DNA of 64,000 nucleotides from NCBI GenBank assembly GCA_049303675.1, contig JBAQNJ010000001.1, positions 199,494 to 263,493 of the forward strand, written 5' to 3'. The DNA is from Microgenomates group bacterium. Its GTDB lineage: Bacteria > Patescibacteriota > Microgenomatia > UBA12405. The position numbers and the translations under genes are program-made. The notes below the pieces were generated by a model. It had not been told where the DNA came from. It did no database searches and saw nothing but the letters and a program-made list of their open reading frames with translations. Below, piece by piece: positions 55,544 to 64,000 of the stretch (the stretch's first letter is position 1; every line of letters begins with the position of its first letter).

Positions 55544-57752
55544 TTAGGATTTCTTCTTTGTACCCCAACACTTCTTTTGTCTCCTGATAAATAGCCTCAG
55601 TTACAAATGGCATAAATGGATGTAATAGTTTTAGGCTAGTGTGCAATACCTCGCTTAGTACAGGGATAACTTCAGCTCCTCTATCCTTAGTTGACTCGAT
55701 ATAAGAATCACAAAAATCATGCCAGAAAAATTGGTAGAGATCCTCCGACGCCTGTCCAAATTTGTATTTTTCCAAATTTGTCGTTGTACTCTTTACTATT
55801 TTTTTTAGTTTATCAAGTATTTCTTTATCCTCATTCTCTAAATTCGTAACTGATAACTCAAAACTCGTAACTGTTTTATTCTCCATTTGCATGAGAATAA
55901 AACGCGCCGCATTCCAAATCTTATTAGCAAAGTTTCGTTGTGCCTTCACCTTATCATCCGACAACGGAATATCTGATCCGGGGGCGACTCCGTACACTAG
56001 CGCCATCCGTAGGGCATCTGCCCCATACTGATCTACTAGCGTTAGGGGATTAATTACATTCCCCTTCGATTTACTCATTTTTACCCCCTTAGCATCCACC
56101 ACTCGTGAATGCATATGAGCCACTTCAAATGGAATTTGGCCAGTCACATACACCCCCATCATAATCATTCTCGCCACCCAGAAAAACAAAATATCCCACA
56201 TGGTATCGAGGACTGTCGTTGGATAAAAATATTCAAAATCTGGTGAATGTTTGCCATCTTTATCCCAACCTAGGGTAGAATATGGCCATTGTCCCGAGGA
56301 GAACCATGTGTCAAAAGTATCAGTTTCTTGGAGTACCATTGTACCCTGACTTTTTGCCTCATTTTCATCTAAATATGCCGTTACATTTGGTGGGGCAATC
56401 AATGATTGCAAACCAGATTTTATTTCCTCGAATTTATATTTCTTTTCCAACTCAGCAAATACTCCCGTCACTGTCTTTTTGTCTTTATCAATAAATGTCA
56501 AATTAATATTTTTATCAATGTCTAGCACATACCACGCCGGAATCCGCTGTCCCCAGACAATTTGTCGCGATATTGGCCAGTCTCGAATATCATTCATCCA
56601 TCGCAAAAATTCCTTTTTAAACCGGACTGGGAAAAATTTTATTTTATCTCCCTTAACCACTTTGATTGCTCCATCTGCCAGGGGCTTAATTTTTACAAAC
56701 CATTGTGGTGCAGTGATTGGTTCAATTGGCCGGCCACAGCGATAACAATGTCCCACTTCTTGGGAATGATCTTCTATTTTTTCAACCAGTCCCAATTCGG
56801 TCAAATCATTTATCACCGCTTCTCGTACCTGGGAGGGGAACATACCCAGATATTTTTCCGGTACATTTTCGTTGGCCCGCCCATCATAATCAAAAATTCT
56901 CACAAATTCCAAGCCATGTTTTTTGGCCATATCATAGTCCTCAGGGCTATGAGATGGCGTCACCTTCACCGCCCCTGTTCCAAATTTAATATCAATAGTT
57001 TCCTCAGCAATTACCAGTATTTCTCTACCAACTATTGGTAAAATTATTTTAGTCCCCACCAGTTTTGCATATCTTTTGTCTTTGGGGTTCACGGCCACGG
57101 CGGTATCGCCTAGCATTGTCTCAGGTCTGGTTGTCGCCACCGTCAGCGGTCCATACTTTATGTACCACAAATGTGAATTAACACTCTTGTGATTTACTTC
57201 CAAATTGGAAAAAGCCGTCCCACAAAAAGTACAATAGTTGACAATTTTTTCATCCCGATAAATTAGTCCATCCTCATGCATTTTGGCAAAAACCTCATAG
57301 ACAGTTTTGGTATGTTTTGGATCCAGAGTAAATTTTTCCCTCGTCCAATCTAGTGAAAATCCCAGTCGTTTCATTTGATCTACCGCCACTGTTCTGTTTT
57401 TATTGACGTACTCCATAATCATCCCGTAGAGTGTCTCCCGATCATAATCAAATCTCGACTTGCTCTGAGTCTTTAGATATTTTTCAAACACAAACTGGGT
57501 CTCTATCCCCGCATGATCTGTCCCAGGCAGCCACAAGGTCGGGTCTCCTAGCATCCGGTGATACCGCACCATAATATCTTCGACCGTAAATAGGGCATGT
57601 CCCGCATGTAGCGCCTCGTTAGCATTCGGTGGTGGCAAAATTATCGTGAATGGTTTTTTTGTTTTATCTATTTTTGGAGTGAAGGCCCCTGATTTCTCCC
57701 ACATTTCATATATTTTTTTCTCGTGATCTGTTGGACTAAACTTCGATTCCAT
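55521..57752 (-). CDS. valS: valine--tRNA ligase (short, 743 aa)
   Basis: PPPNANEALHAGHALF...GTDHAGIETQ is a ValS-type HIGH region. KMSKSKGN present. Confidence 0.85.
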   Translation of the reverse strand: MESKFSPTDHEKKIYEMWEKSGAFTPKIDKTKKPFTIILPPPNANEALHAGHALFTVEDIMVRYHRMLGDPTLWLPGTDHAGIETQFVFEKYLKTQSKSRFDYDRETLYGMIMEYVNKNRTVAVDQMKRLGFSLDWTREKFTLDPKHTKTVYEVFAKMHEDGLIYRDEKIVNYCTFCGTAFSNLEVNHKSVNSHLWYIKYGPLTVATTRPETMLGDTAVAVNPKDKRYAKLVGTKIILPIVGREILVIAEETIDIKFGTGAVKVTPSHSPEDYDMAKKHGLEFVRIFDYDGRANENVPEKYLGMFPSQVREAVINDLTELGLVEKIEDHSQEVGHCYRCGRPIEPITAPQWFVKIKPLADGAIKVVKGDKIKFFPVRFKKEFLRWMNDIRDWPISRQIVWGQRIPAWYVLDIDKNINLTFIDKDKKTVTGVFAELEKKYKFEEIKSGLQSLIAPPNVTAYLDENEAKSQGTMVLQETDTFDTWFSSGQWPYSTLGWDKDGKHSPDFEYFYPTTVLDTMWDILFFWVARMIMMGVYVTGQIPFEVAHMHSRVVDAKGVKMSKSKGNVINPLTLVDQYGADALRMALVYGVAPGSDIPLSDDKVKAQRNFANKIWNAARFILMQMENKTVTSFELSVTNLENEDKEILDKLKKIVKSTTTNLEKYKFGQASEDLYQFFWHDFCDSYIESTKDRGAEVIPVLSEVLHTSLKLLHPFMPFVTEAIYQETKEVLGYKEEILISAQWPK

Positions 57753-58134
57753 GGGCTATTTTACCACTCTCTAGCCTCAATAATTTATTTTTAATCGCTA
57801 TTCCTGCCGAGTATCCACCCATTCCTCCATCACTTCTAATTACCCGATGACAGGGGATAATAATTAGTATTGGGTTTTTGGCTACAGCACTTGCGACCGC
57901 TCTAATTGCTCGTGGCACTCCGATTCTTCTCGCCAGCTCTTTATAAGTAATAGTTTCGCCATAAGGCACTTTGATCAATTCCTTCCACACTTTCTTCTGA
58001 AAATCCGTCCCTTTGGGTCTAATTGGTAAATCAAATATTTCCTTACCAATTCCTATCCTCCCGTCCTCAAAATTTAGACTTGTCAGGTATCCATTTTCCA
58101 CCACCGCTTTCATCACTAAATTATACCAACCCAA
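57736..58134 (-). CDS. ogt: methylated-DNA--protein-cysteine methyltransferase
   Basis: Active-site IIPCHRVI motif. Confidence 0.85.
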   Translation of the reverse strand: MGWYNLVMKAVVENGYLTSLNFEDGRIGIGKEIFDLPIRPKGTDFQKKVWKELIKVPYGETITYKELARRIGVPRAIRAVASAVAKNPILIIIPCHRVIRSDGGMGGYSAGIAIKNKLLRLESGKIAHGIEV

Positions 58135-58313
58135 GTGCGCTAAAATATTCTATGAAGTCACCAAAACCAGTCAATGTCGAAGTGATTCTCAAATTAAATC
58201 CCGATTCAGTCCCACCATCCATCTATTCTCCTCGAATTTCGTTTGGCTTACCTCGAGTCAGGGACACCAAAGATCTCGATAGACGTATTAGCCAAATAAT
58301 CATCACCAGCAAC

Positions 58314-58523
58314 TTAGCTGTTACCGACAGAGTTATCAGCCTTATTAGACGCTAATTTTCTTTTCTCGTCTACTTCCAAAATCATCGCCGCTACTGCCGC
58401 TGCTTTACCGGCGCTTACCCGCAATACCGGCGCCTCATTATTAGCCAATGTTGGCAATAGTACCTCCTTCTCTTTTCTATCCACCAGTCCCAAGGCAAAC
58501 AGTAAATTTTTCTTATTATCCAT
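58314..58523 (-). CDS. hypothetical small protein (69 aa)
   Basis: ORF only. Confidence 0.3.
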   Translation of the reverse strand: MDNKKNLLFALGLVDRKEKEVLLPTLANNEAPVLRVSAGKAAAVAAMILEVDEKRKLASNKADNSVGNS

Positions 58524-58529
58524 ATTAGT

Positions 58530-59528
58530 TTAGCTCAGTATACTCCCCAGTCTCGGAATTTTACTAATTCCATACACCACACCATAAGATAGTACTATGG
58601 TCATCAGCCCCAACAGCCATTCATTTGGCCACAGTTTCCACATCATTTCTAGTACCAGTACGTGGACAAAAAACACCCCCATCGACAGCGCTGAAATTTT
58701 TCTAACTACGTTTGCTTCAATGTTTATTTTCGACAACAGGTAGTACATACTCCCCGCCAACAATATAGTGTAAATCAACACACTCGGTCGCCACTGTGAA
58801 TAAAATGCGAGGTAATTCCCGCTCGAGAGATATCTGCTAATTCCTTCATATACTACATATATACCAACCGCAATCGTTGCCAAAAACCAATAAAAATTAT
58901 ATTTTTCCAATATTGACTCTAGTCTATGCAAATGATGGCTCACTGTCATCCCCAACATAAATACAAATATGTTTAGTATCATCACTGCCAATGGATAGGC
59001 CATGTTGAGTGAATGAGTATAGTAGTCTTTTGTCAATAAAAATAATTCTCCCACCCCTATCGCTCCCAATATATATTTATTTGACCACCATTTTAGTGTT
59101 GACGATAGTATCGGAAAAATTACATAAAATATAATCAATGTTGGCATAAAATAGAGCTGGTATGAGGCATTACCACCCATTAGTGATTGCCAGTATCCCA
59201 TGGCATGATTGGTATAGACCCAGTAGTAATAAATTGCACTCCAGATTATATAAGGCCACAATATTTTTTCAATTCTCTTTTTCTGAAATTTCCACTTATC
59301 CTCATAGTTGGCATAACTTACTTCCAAGACATATCCCGATATCATAAAAAATAATGGGACAGCAAATCGAGCTAGTTGATTAAAAAATATTGCTATTGGC
59401 GCACTGGCAAAATCAAAGTGTGCCACTTCCAATATTCTAGTAGTGGTGTGAATTATTACTACTGCTATTGTCGCCACAATCCGCATCAAGTTGATACTAC
59501 TGTTGTGAAGTTTTTGTTCTTCTATCAT
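58530..59528 (-). CDS. acyltransferase-3 (OatA-like) family membrane protein
   Basis: About 10 TM. N-terminal RIVATIAVVIIHT pattern. Confidence 0.7.
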   Translation of the reverse strand: MIEEQKLHNSSINLMRIVATIAVVIIHTTTRILEVAHFDFASAPIAIFFNQLARFAVPLFFMISGYVLEVSYANYEDKWKFQKKRIEKILWPYIIWSAIYYYWVYTNHAMGYWQSLMGGNASYQLYFMPTLIIFYVIFPILSSTLKWWSNKYILGAIGVGELFLLTKDYYTHSLNMAYPLAVMILNIFVFMLGMTVSHHLHRLESILEKYNFYWFLATIAVGIYVVYEGISRYLSSGNYLAFYSQWRPSVLIYTILLAGSMYYLLSKINIEANVVRKISALSMGVFFVHVLVLEMMWKLWPNEWLLGLMTIVLSYGVVYGISKIPRLGSILS

Positions 59529-59542
59529 TAGAATTTCTTATA

Positions 59543-60130
59543 TTACGCTGTTTTCAGTTTCAGACGTTTTAAATATAGTTTTTCAAACATGTTTTTACTG
59601 TAAGGAGTTATAAATTTTGTCAATCTTAGTTCTCTGCTTTTTTTCATATATCTTTCTTCTGAATCCTTATCTCCAAAAATACCCATAACATCTGGATCCA
59701 TACCTCCCAAGCTATCCGCCTCCATTATTACTATTTCATCCACATCCTTCAAGGCATCTAGTTTGTCGTGTACACCTACTAGGTGTATCGCTCTCTTCTT
59801 CCTATCCTCTGTTAAATGATCAAAAAAACGGCTTTCCAATAACTTGGATAATTTTTCTGCACCTACCTTCATATGAGTTTCTTTTAATTCCCCTAGATGC
59901 TCTAATCTTATCTTTATAGTTGGATCAAGCAAATCTGTATAGCCCCAATCATGAGCATATGCCGCAATAATCAATACCTCTAGGTCTAATTTAAGTTCCG
60001 GAGAATCAGTGACAATGTTCTTGATCATTTTTACTACCAACAAAGTGTGCGGTACATCATTTGGTCTTCCCTTGGCCAAATCAGGCAATATATTCTCACT
60101 CAAGAATTTTTCCAGTATCTCCATCTCCAT
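59543..60130 (-). CDS. HD-domain phosphohydrolase
   Basis: AAYAHDWGY (HD motif) and downstream H/D residues. Confidence 0.6.
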   Translation of the reverse strand: MEMEILEKFLSENILPDLAKGRPNDVPHTLLVVKMIKNIVTDSPELKLDLEVLIIAAYAHDWGYTDLLDPTIKIRLEHLGELKETHMKVGAEKLSKLLESRFFDHLTEDRKKRAIHLVGVHDKLDALKDVDEIVIMEADSLGGMDPDVMGIFGDKDSEERYMKKSRELRLTKFITPYSKNMFEKLYLKRLKLKTA

Positions 60131-60171
60131 AATTTCATATTATATCCTAGTAAAAGTTGATAAACTAAACC

Positions 60172-60738
60172 ATGTCCACTATCTATCTTTTTCGACATGG
60201 CAAGACCGACTACAACCAGCAGCATCGTTTTACTGGTTGGCTTCAGTCGAGTCTTACCGATGAAGGAATTCAGCAAGCTGAGTATTTAGCCGAATTACTC
60301 AAAGACAAAAAAATAGATATGGCTATTGTTCCCAATTTGACTCGTTGTCAAAAAACTCTGGATATTGTTCTTCGCTATCATCCTGAATGTCTCAATACTT
60401 TAGTTGATGACCGATTATTAGAGCGAAATTATGGTGATTTAGGTGGCAAATTACACCAAGATATTATTAGTCAGTATGGTCAAGAGCAATTTGACAAATG
60501 GCATCGTGGTTGGGCCGATCGACCACCCGAGGGCGAGAGTTATGCCGATGTCGAAATCAGAATTGGTGAATTTATATTGGAGCTTCGCTCCAAATTTGCT
60601 TCTTTAGATACCACTATCGCCATTTGTGGCAGTAGTAACTCCATTCGTCTTTTTCGAAAAATTATCGAAAATGCTTCAATCGAGGAGGCGGTTAGTTGGA
60701 TTATTCCTTATGACCAATATTTTGAATACACCATCTGA
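60172..60738 (+). CDS. histidine phosphatase (phosphoglycerate-mutase-like) family protein
   Basis: LFRHGKTDYN (RHG motif) and a later catalytic H. Confidence 0.8.
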   Translation: MSTIYLFRHGKTDYNQQHRFTGWLQSSLTDEGIQQAEYLAELLKDKKIDMAIVPNLTRCQKTLDIVLRYHPECLNTLVDDRLLERNYGDLGGKLHQDIISQYGQEQFDKWHRGWADRPPEGESYADVEIRIGEFILELRSKFASLDTTIAICGSSNSIRLFRKIIENASIEEAVSWIIPYDQYFEYTI

Positions 60739-61414
60739 AATAATTATTTTATCGCCCCATCCCGACGATGCTATTTTTTCCCTCGGCCAACATATCCATA
60801 ATTGGCTCAGTTCAGGTCAAAAACTTAAAATAATCAATATTTTTAATTCTTTTGGTACCGACGATGTTTTCTCCGAAAACGCATGGAATTATTTACTCAA
60901 ATATGGTTACAAAAATACCATAGAGCTATCCCAATCACGGTCTGCTGATAACCAAAATATATATACCAATTTAAATATTACTCCTTCCAATTTGGACTTT
61001 ATCGATGCGTCTTTTCGCCAGTTTGGCAGTGGCCCTATCTATCAGACCCCTCAGGCGCTCAACAATGGTCGTCCTTCAACCTACGATTCAGATCTGCCCT
61101 TAGAGATAATTAATCTGTTGGGCCTGCAGACAGATCAACTAATTTTATGTCCCTACGGAGTTGGCGGACATGTCGACCACTCCCTAGTTCGTCGGGTGGG
61201 TGATATTCTCAAAAAGCAAAAATACTCAGTCAAATTTTATTTAGAATCACCCTATCTGTGGCGAGATCTCAACTATCTCAAATATTCTCTCGACATCCTC
61301 CGTGCTACTAGTTATCTACGTGAAGTGACCGACAAAATGGAGTTAGTCAAACTTTACTCTTATGCCAATCAAATCGTTCGCCGTGGCGAATCATTCCCCG
61401 AAGTCATTATCTAA
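60710..61414 (+). CDS. PIG-L/LmbE-family N-acetylglucosaminyl deacetylase
   Basis: LSPHPDDAIFSLG matches the [AS]HPDDE motif. The start was trimmed to MTNILN, and it overlaps the end of the previous gene. Confidence 0.7.
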   Translation: MTNILNTPSEIIILSPHPDDAIFSLGQHIHNWLSSGQKLKIINIFNSFGTDDVFSENAWNYLLKYGYKNTIELSQSRSADNQNIYTNLNITPSNLDFIDASFRQFGSGPIYQTPQALNNGRPSTYDSDLPLEIINLLGLQTDQLILCPYGVGGHVDHSLVRRVGDILKKQKYSVKFYLESPYLWRDLNYLKYSLDILRATSYLREVTDKMELVKLYSYANQIVRRGESFPEVII

Positions 61415-61417
61415 TCT

Positions 61418-61816
61418 TCAAATTCCATAAGCATCTCTATAAATATCAATATAATATTTTTCCGGATTGTCATAGATTTCTTCTCTCCGGTGGACCCACG
61501 CCTCTATATCACTAGCACATCTCGGAGTTAACCCATCCAGTACTACCTTTTGCCACATTTCTTGCCTTTCTTCTTTGTCTACTTTTACCAGCTCTTCCAT
61601 CTTTTGACTATTTTTTGGTGGTACACACAACATCGGATGTCTACATCTAGCGCTTATGGCAATTAGTGCCAATTCCTCAACTTCTGCTGACATGTTTATC
61701 GCTTCCTCAGCTCGATATGGCTTAATATTCCAGCTTTTACTCTGGTACCCACTACGGTCAAATATTTTTTCCCTTCGTTTAGTGGCCGTTTCTCCCAATT
61801 CAACAAAAATTTTCAT
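61418..61816 (-). CDS. hypothetical protein (132 aa)
   Basis: ORF only. Confidence 0.4.
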   Translation of the reverse strand: MKIFVELGETATKRREKIFDRSGYQSKSWNIKPYRAEEAINMSAEVEELALIAISARCRHPMLCVPPKNSQKMEELVKVDKEERQEMWQKVVLDGLTPRCASDIEAWVHRREEIYDNPEKYYIDIYRDAYGI

Positions 61817-61965
61817 AGTTGATTCTACTGATTTAATCTATACCGGCAAACTCCAGTTCTTGACCGTGTTTACAAAAATCAGCTTTGCTTTTTCCAAATA
61901 GTTAATCAAAACCTCTAATTTTTGATTTCCAATAATTTCCAAAAGGTGATATTATCCTCTCGACC

Positions 61966-62643
61966 ATGAAGAAATACAATTTTCCCACACTTACCGATAT
62001 CCTTACCGTCAAGGTTGGCACCAAATATGTCTGGGAGGATAGAGTTCGTCAGCAATCAACTCTCGTCCACCTCCTTGAGGATATTTACGGCATCAAATTA
62101 AATCTCCGTGCCTTTTCTTTTTATCCCAACCAACTCTATTTTGGCATGCCCATTACCAACTCCCCAATTTTCGAAGACTCAAAACCACTCTGGCAAAAAA
62201 TTGCCAAAATATTTCAAAGCCATAAATGGAAAGTCTATTCCGCTTGGGAGCATGTCAACCCCAATTTGGCCGTGCCTCAAAAAATCGACTCCTTTGATGA
62301 TTTGGGTTTTGGCCATGTCCAAGTTCTCCTTTCTGAATTAGTTCTCATGGACTTAAACCATCCCTCCTTTGGAGTTGGCCAACAACTGGAACTATCCTTA
62401 TTCCAGCCATTTATCGGTTTTTCTCGCGGGCCTGTTTCTCGTATGGTCAAGGGTCGTCCGGGGAGCCTAATTCTCAAATATCAAAACGAAGACGATCTCC
62501 TCAAAATGCTCACCTCTATTTCCCGCCGCAAAAGTTTTCGAACAGAACCATTTTATACCAAAAAATCCTCGTTTAGACCTCTCAACTGTGTCTACAAAGG
62601 TAAAGTAAATTTGAATAGCTTTTTCGAAGAAAAATCTATTTAG
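61966..62643 (+). CDS. hypothetical protein (225 aa)
   Basis: ORF only. Confidence 0.45.
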   Translation: MKKYNFPTLTDILTVKVGTKYVWEDRVRQQSTLVHLLEDIYGIKLNLRAFSFYPNQLYFGMPITNSPIFEDSKPLWQKIAKIFQSHKWKVYSAWEHVNPNLAVPQKIDSFDDLGFGHVQVLLSELVLMDLNHPSFGVGQQLELSLFQPFIGFSRGPVSRMVKGRPGSLILKYQNEDDLLKMLTSISRRKSFRTEPFYTKKSSFRPLNCVYKGKVNLNSFFEEKSI

Positions 62644-63898
62644 TCGACAGCTCTTCCTCTATTCTCATCAATCTATTATATTTACACACTCGCTCGCCTC
62701 GAGTTGGGCCCACTTTTATATACTCACTGCCTACTGCTACAGCCAGATCCGCCATAAAAGTATCATTTGTTTCCCCGCCACCGCGATGTGAGGGGATGGT
62801 CCACATTTTATTGGCTATGGCCAACTTACAGCACTCAATTGTTTCACTGACTGTACCTGCCTGATTTAATTTTATTAAGATAGCGTTGGCCGCCTTTTTA
62901 TCTATCGCTTCTTGCCAAATTTTGGTATTAGTCACTGTCAAATCGTCAGCAATCAGGGGGAATCTACCATTAATTCTCGTTAGTAGTATTGGCCAGCTTT
63001 CCCAGTCAAATTCCGACAACATATCTTCCATACTCACAATTGGGTACTCATCCACCCAATTCATATAATATTCAATCAATTCATGTGAGGTCAACTTTTT
63101 CTTTTCTATACTTAATACATAATACTTACTACTTAATTCATAAAATTCGCTAGCTGCCGCGTCAATTGAAATACCGGCATCTTCATTTGGTTTATATCCG
63201 CCACTTTCTATCGCTTCCACCAAATAATCCAGTGGCAATTCATTACTGGCTATCTGATCCGGTGCAAACGCTCCTTCATTGCCTCCATTGGTCGACAATC
63301 CCTCTCGTTTTAATATCACTTTTAGGGCCTCGTATATTTCCATTTCCATTCTAATATTTTCTACGGCTGTCTTCGTTCCCTTGGCACTTACACAAAATTC
63401 TTGTAGATCGGTTGTTTGATCAGCATGTTTGCCTCCCTCGATCATCACTACCATTGGTTTTGGTAATCTGAAACTTGAATTCAAACCATATACCTTATCC
63501 AAATATTTATATAGCGGCAGTTTTACTCCATTGGCCGCTGCTCGGGCTACCGCCATACTTACCCCCAAGATTGAATTTCCACCCAATTTAGATTTATTTG
63601 GTGTACCATCCATTTGCAGCATCTTTTCATCCAGTTTTTGCTGTTCCCCCGCCTCCATGCCTACTATTCTCGGACCGATAATTTTATTGACCATATCTAC
63701 CGCCATCATCATTCCTCTGCCCTCATATCTCCTCCCTCCATCTAGCAATACCACTGCTTCTTTTGACCCCACCGATGCCCCATAACTTACCGATGCTTCG
63801 CCTATTATTCCACTCTCTAGTTCCACGCTCACCTCTAGGCTCGGTGCCCCCCCACTGGCCAATATTTCTCTGGCTTTTATCGATTTAATTCTTCCCAT
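62636..63898 (-). CDS. eno: enolase (phosphopyruvate hydratase)
   Basis: Enolase N- and C-terminal patterns including SHRGGETND (the SHRSGETED motif). Confidence 0.9.
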   Translation of the reverse strand: MGRIKSIKAREILASGGAPSLEVSVELESGIIGEASVSYGASVGSKEAVVLLDGGRRYEGRGMMMAVDMVNKIIGPRIVGMEAGEQQKLDEKMLQMDGTPNKSKLGGNSILGVSMAVARAAANGVKLPLYKYLDKVYGLNSSFRLPKPMVVMIEGGKHADQTTDLQEFCVSAKGTKTAVENIRMEMEIYEALKVILKREGLSTNGGNEGAFAPDQIASNELPLDYLVEAIESGGYKPNEDAGISIDAAASEFYELSSKYYVLSIEKKKLTSHELIEYYMNWVDEYPIVSMEDMLSEFDWESWPILLTRINGRFPLIADDLTVTNTKIWQEAIDKKAANAILIKLNQAGTVSETIECCKLAIANKMWTIPSHRGGGETNDTFMADLAVAVGSEYIKVGPTRGERVCKYNRLMRIEEELSTK

Positions 63899-64000
63899 AA
63901 TTCATTATAGAACGAATCACTTTTTTTATCTTCAAATATTTATATTTATTTATCCAGTCGCCAAGTGTTATTTTATTTTTCAAAAATAAATCCACATATC

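Noticed and set aside
55762-57041. Several 70-160-aa + strand ORFs
   Set aside because: They are antisense shadow ORFs inside valS.
1-64000. CRISPR arrays, rRNA genes, integrases, transposases
   Set aside because: I scanned for regularly spaced repeats, rRNA-like conserved blocks and recombinase motifs (R..H..Y tyrosine recombinase, DDE). None were found.

Overview
This is a 64 kb, AT-rich, gene-dense bacterial window that uses the standard genetic code (TGA is used as a stop codon). Most genes sit on the minus strand, in long co-directional runs. The housekeeping genes are unusually short: valS is 743 aa, pheT 623 aa, rel/spoT 604 aa and zwf 412 aa. There are many small hypothetical secreted or membrane proteins. 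By inference only, this points to a small-genome, CPR/Patescibacteria-like organism. The recognisable core genes are pepF, trmH-family, zwf, pheS and pheT (with a tRNA-Phe directly upstream), valS, ogt, eno and rel/spoT. The window also holds an ABC-F ATPase, an ABC exporter, two MFS transporters, an OmpR/histidine-kinase pair, a DsbA-family protein, two NUDIX hydrolases, a PadR regulator and a ParD-RelE/ParE toxin-antitoxin pair. I called six tRNAs: Ser-GGA, Arg-CCG, Phe-GAA, Ser-GCT, Arg-GCG(?) and Ser-CGA. I found no CRISPR array, rRNA, integrase or transposase. The strongest non-obvious signals are these four. (1) A complete type III hammerhead ribozyme lies at 10645-10711. It has every core nucleotide and a GUA cleavage triplet. 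It sits in the 3' region of a higher-GC lipoprotein gene and next to a toxin-antitoxin module. (2) A co-directional ~6.5 kb cluster spans 19460-26246: TspO, a cupin, an MAPR-like cytochrome b5, two secreted b5-like proteins, a NOX/ferric-reductase flavocytochrome, an OmpR-type regulator, a histidine kinase and an unannotated 52-aa Cys-rich peptide, with a third secreted b5-like protein encoded divergently. The b5-like proteins carry Thr/Pro-rich linkers and poly-acidic, His-rich tails. This looks like a candidate, apparently undescribed extracellular redox or heme/iron module. (3) A small tRNA-proximal cassette encodes a membrane protein, a HEPN (Rx4H) protein and two tiny membrane peptides, a defence- or toxin-like arrangement. 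(4) A 116-aa ORF is exactly bracketed by ~42-nt direct repeats. Everything here was read by eye from the sequence. No searches were run.
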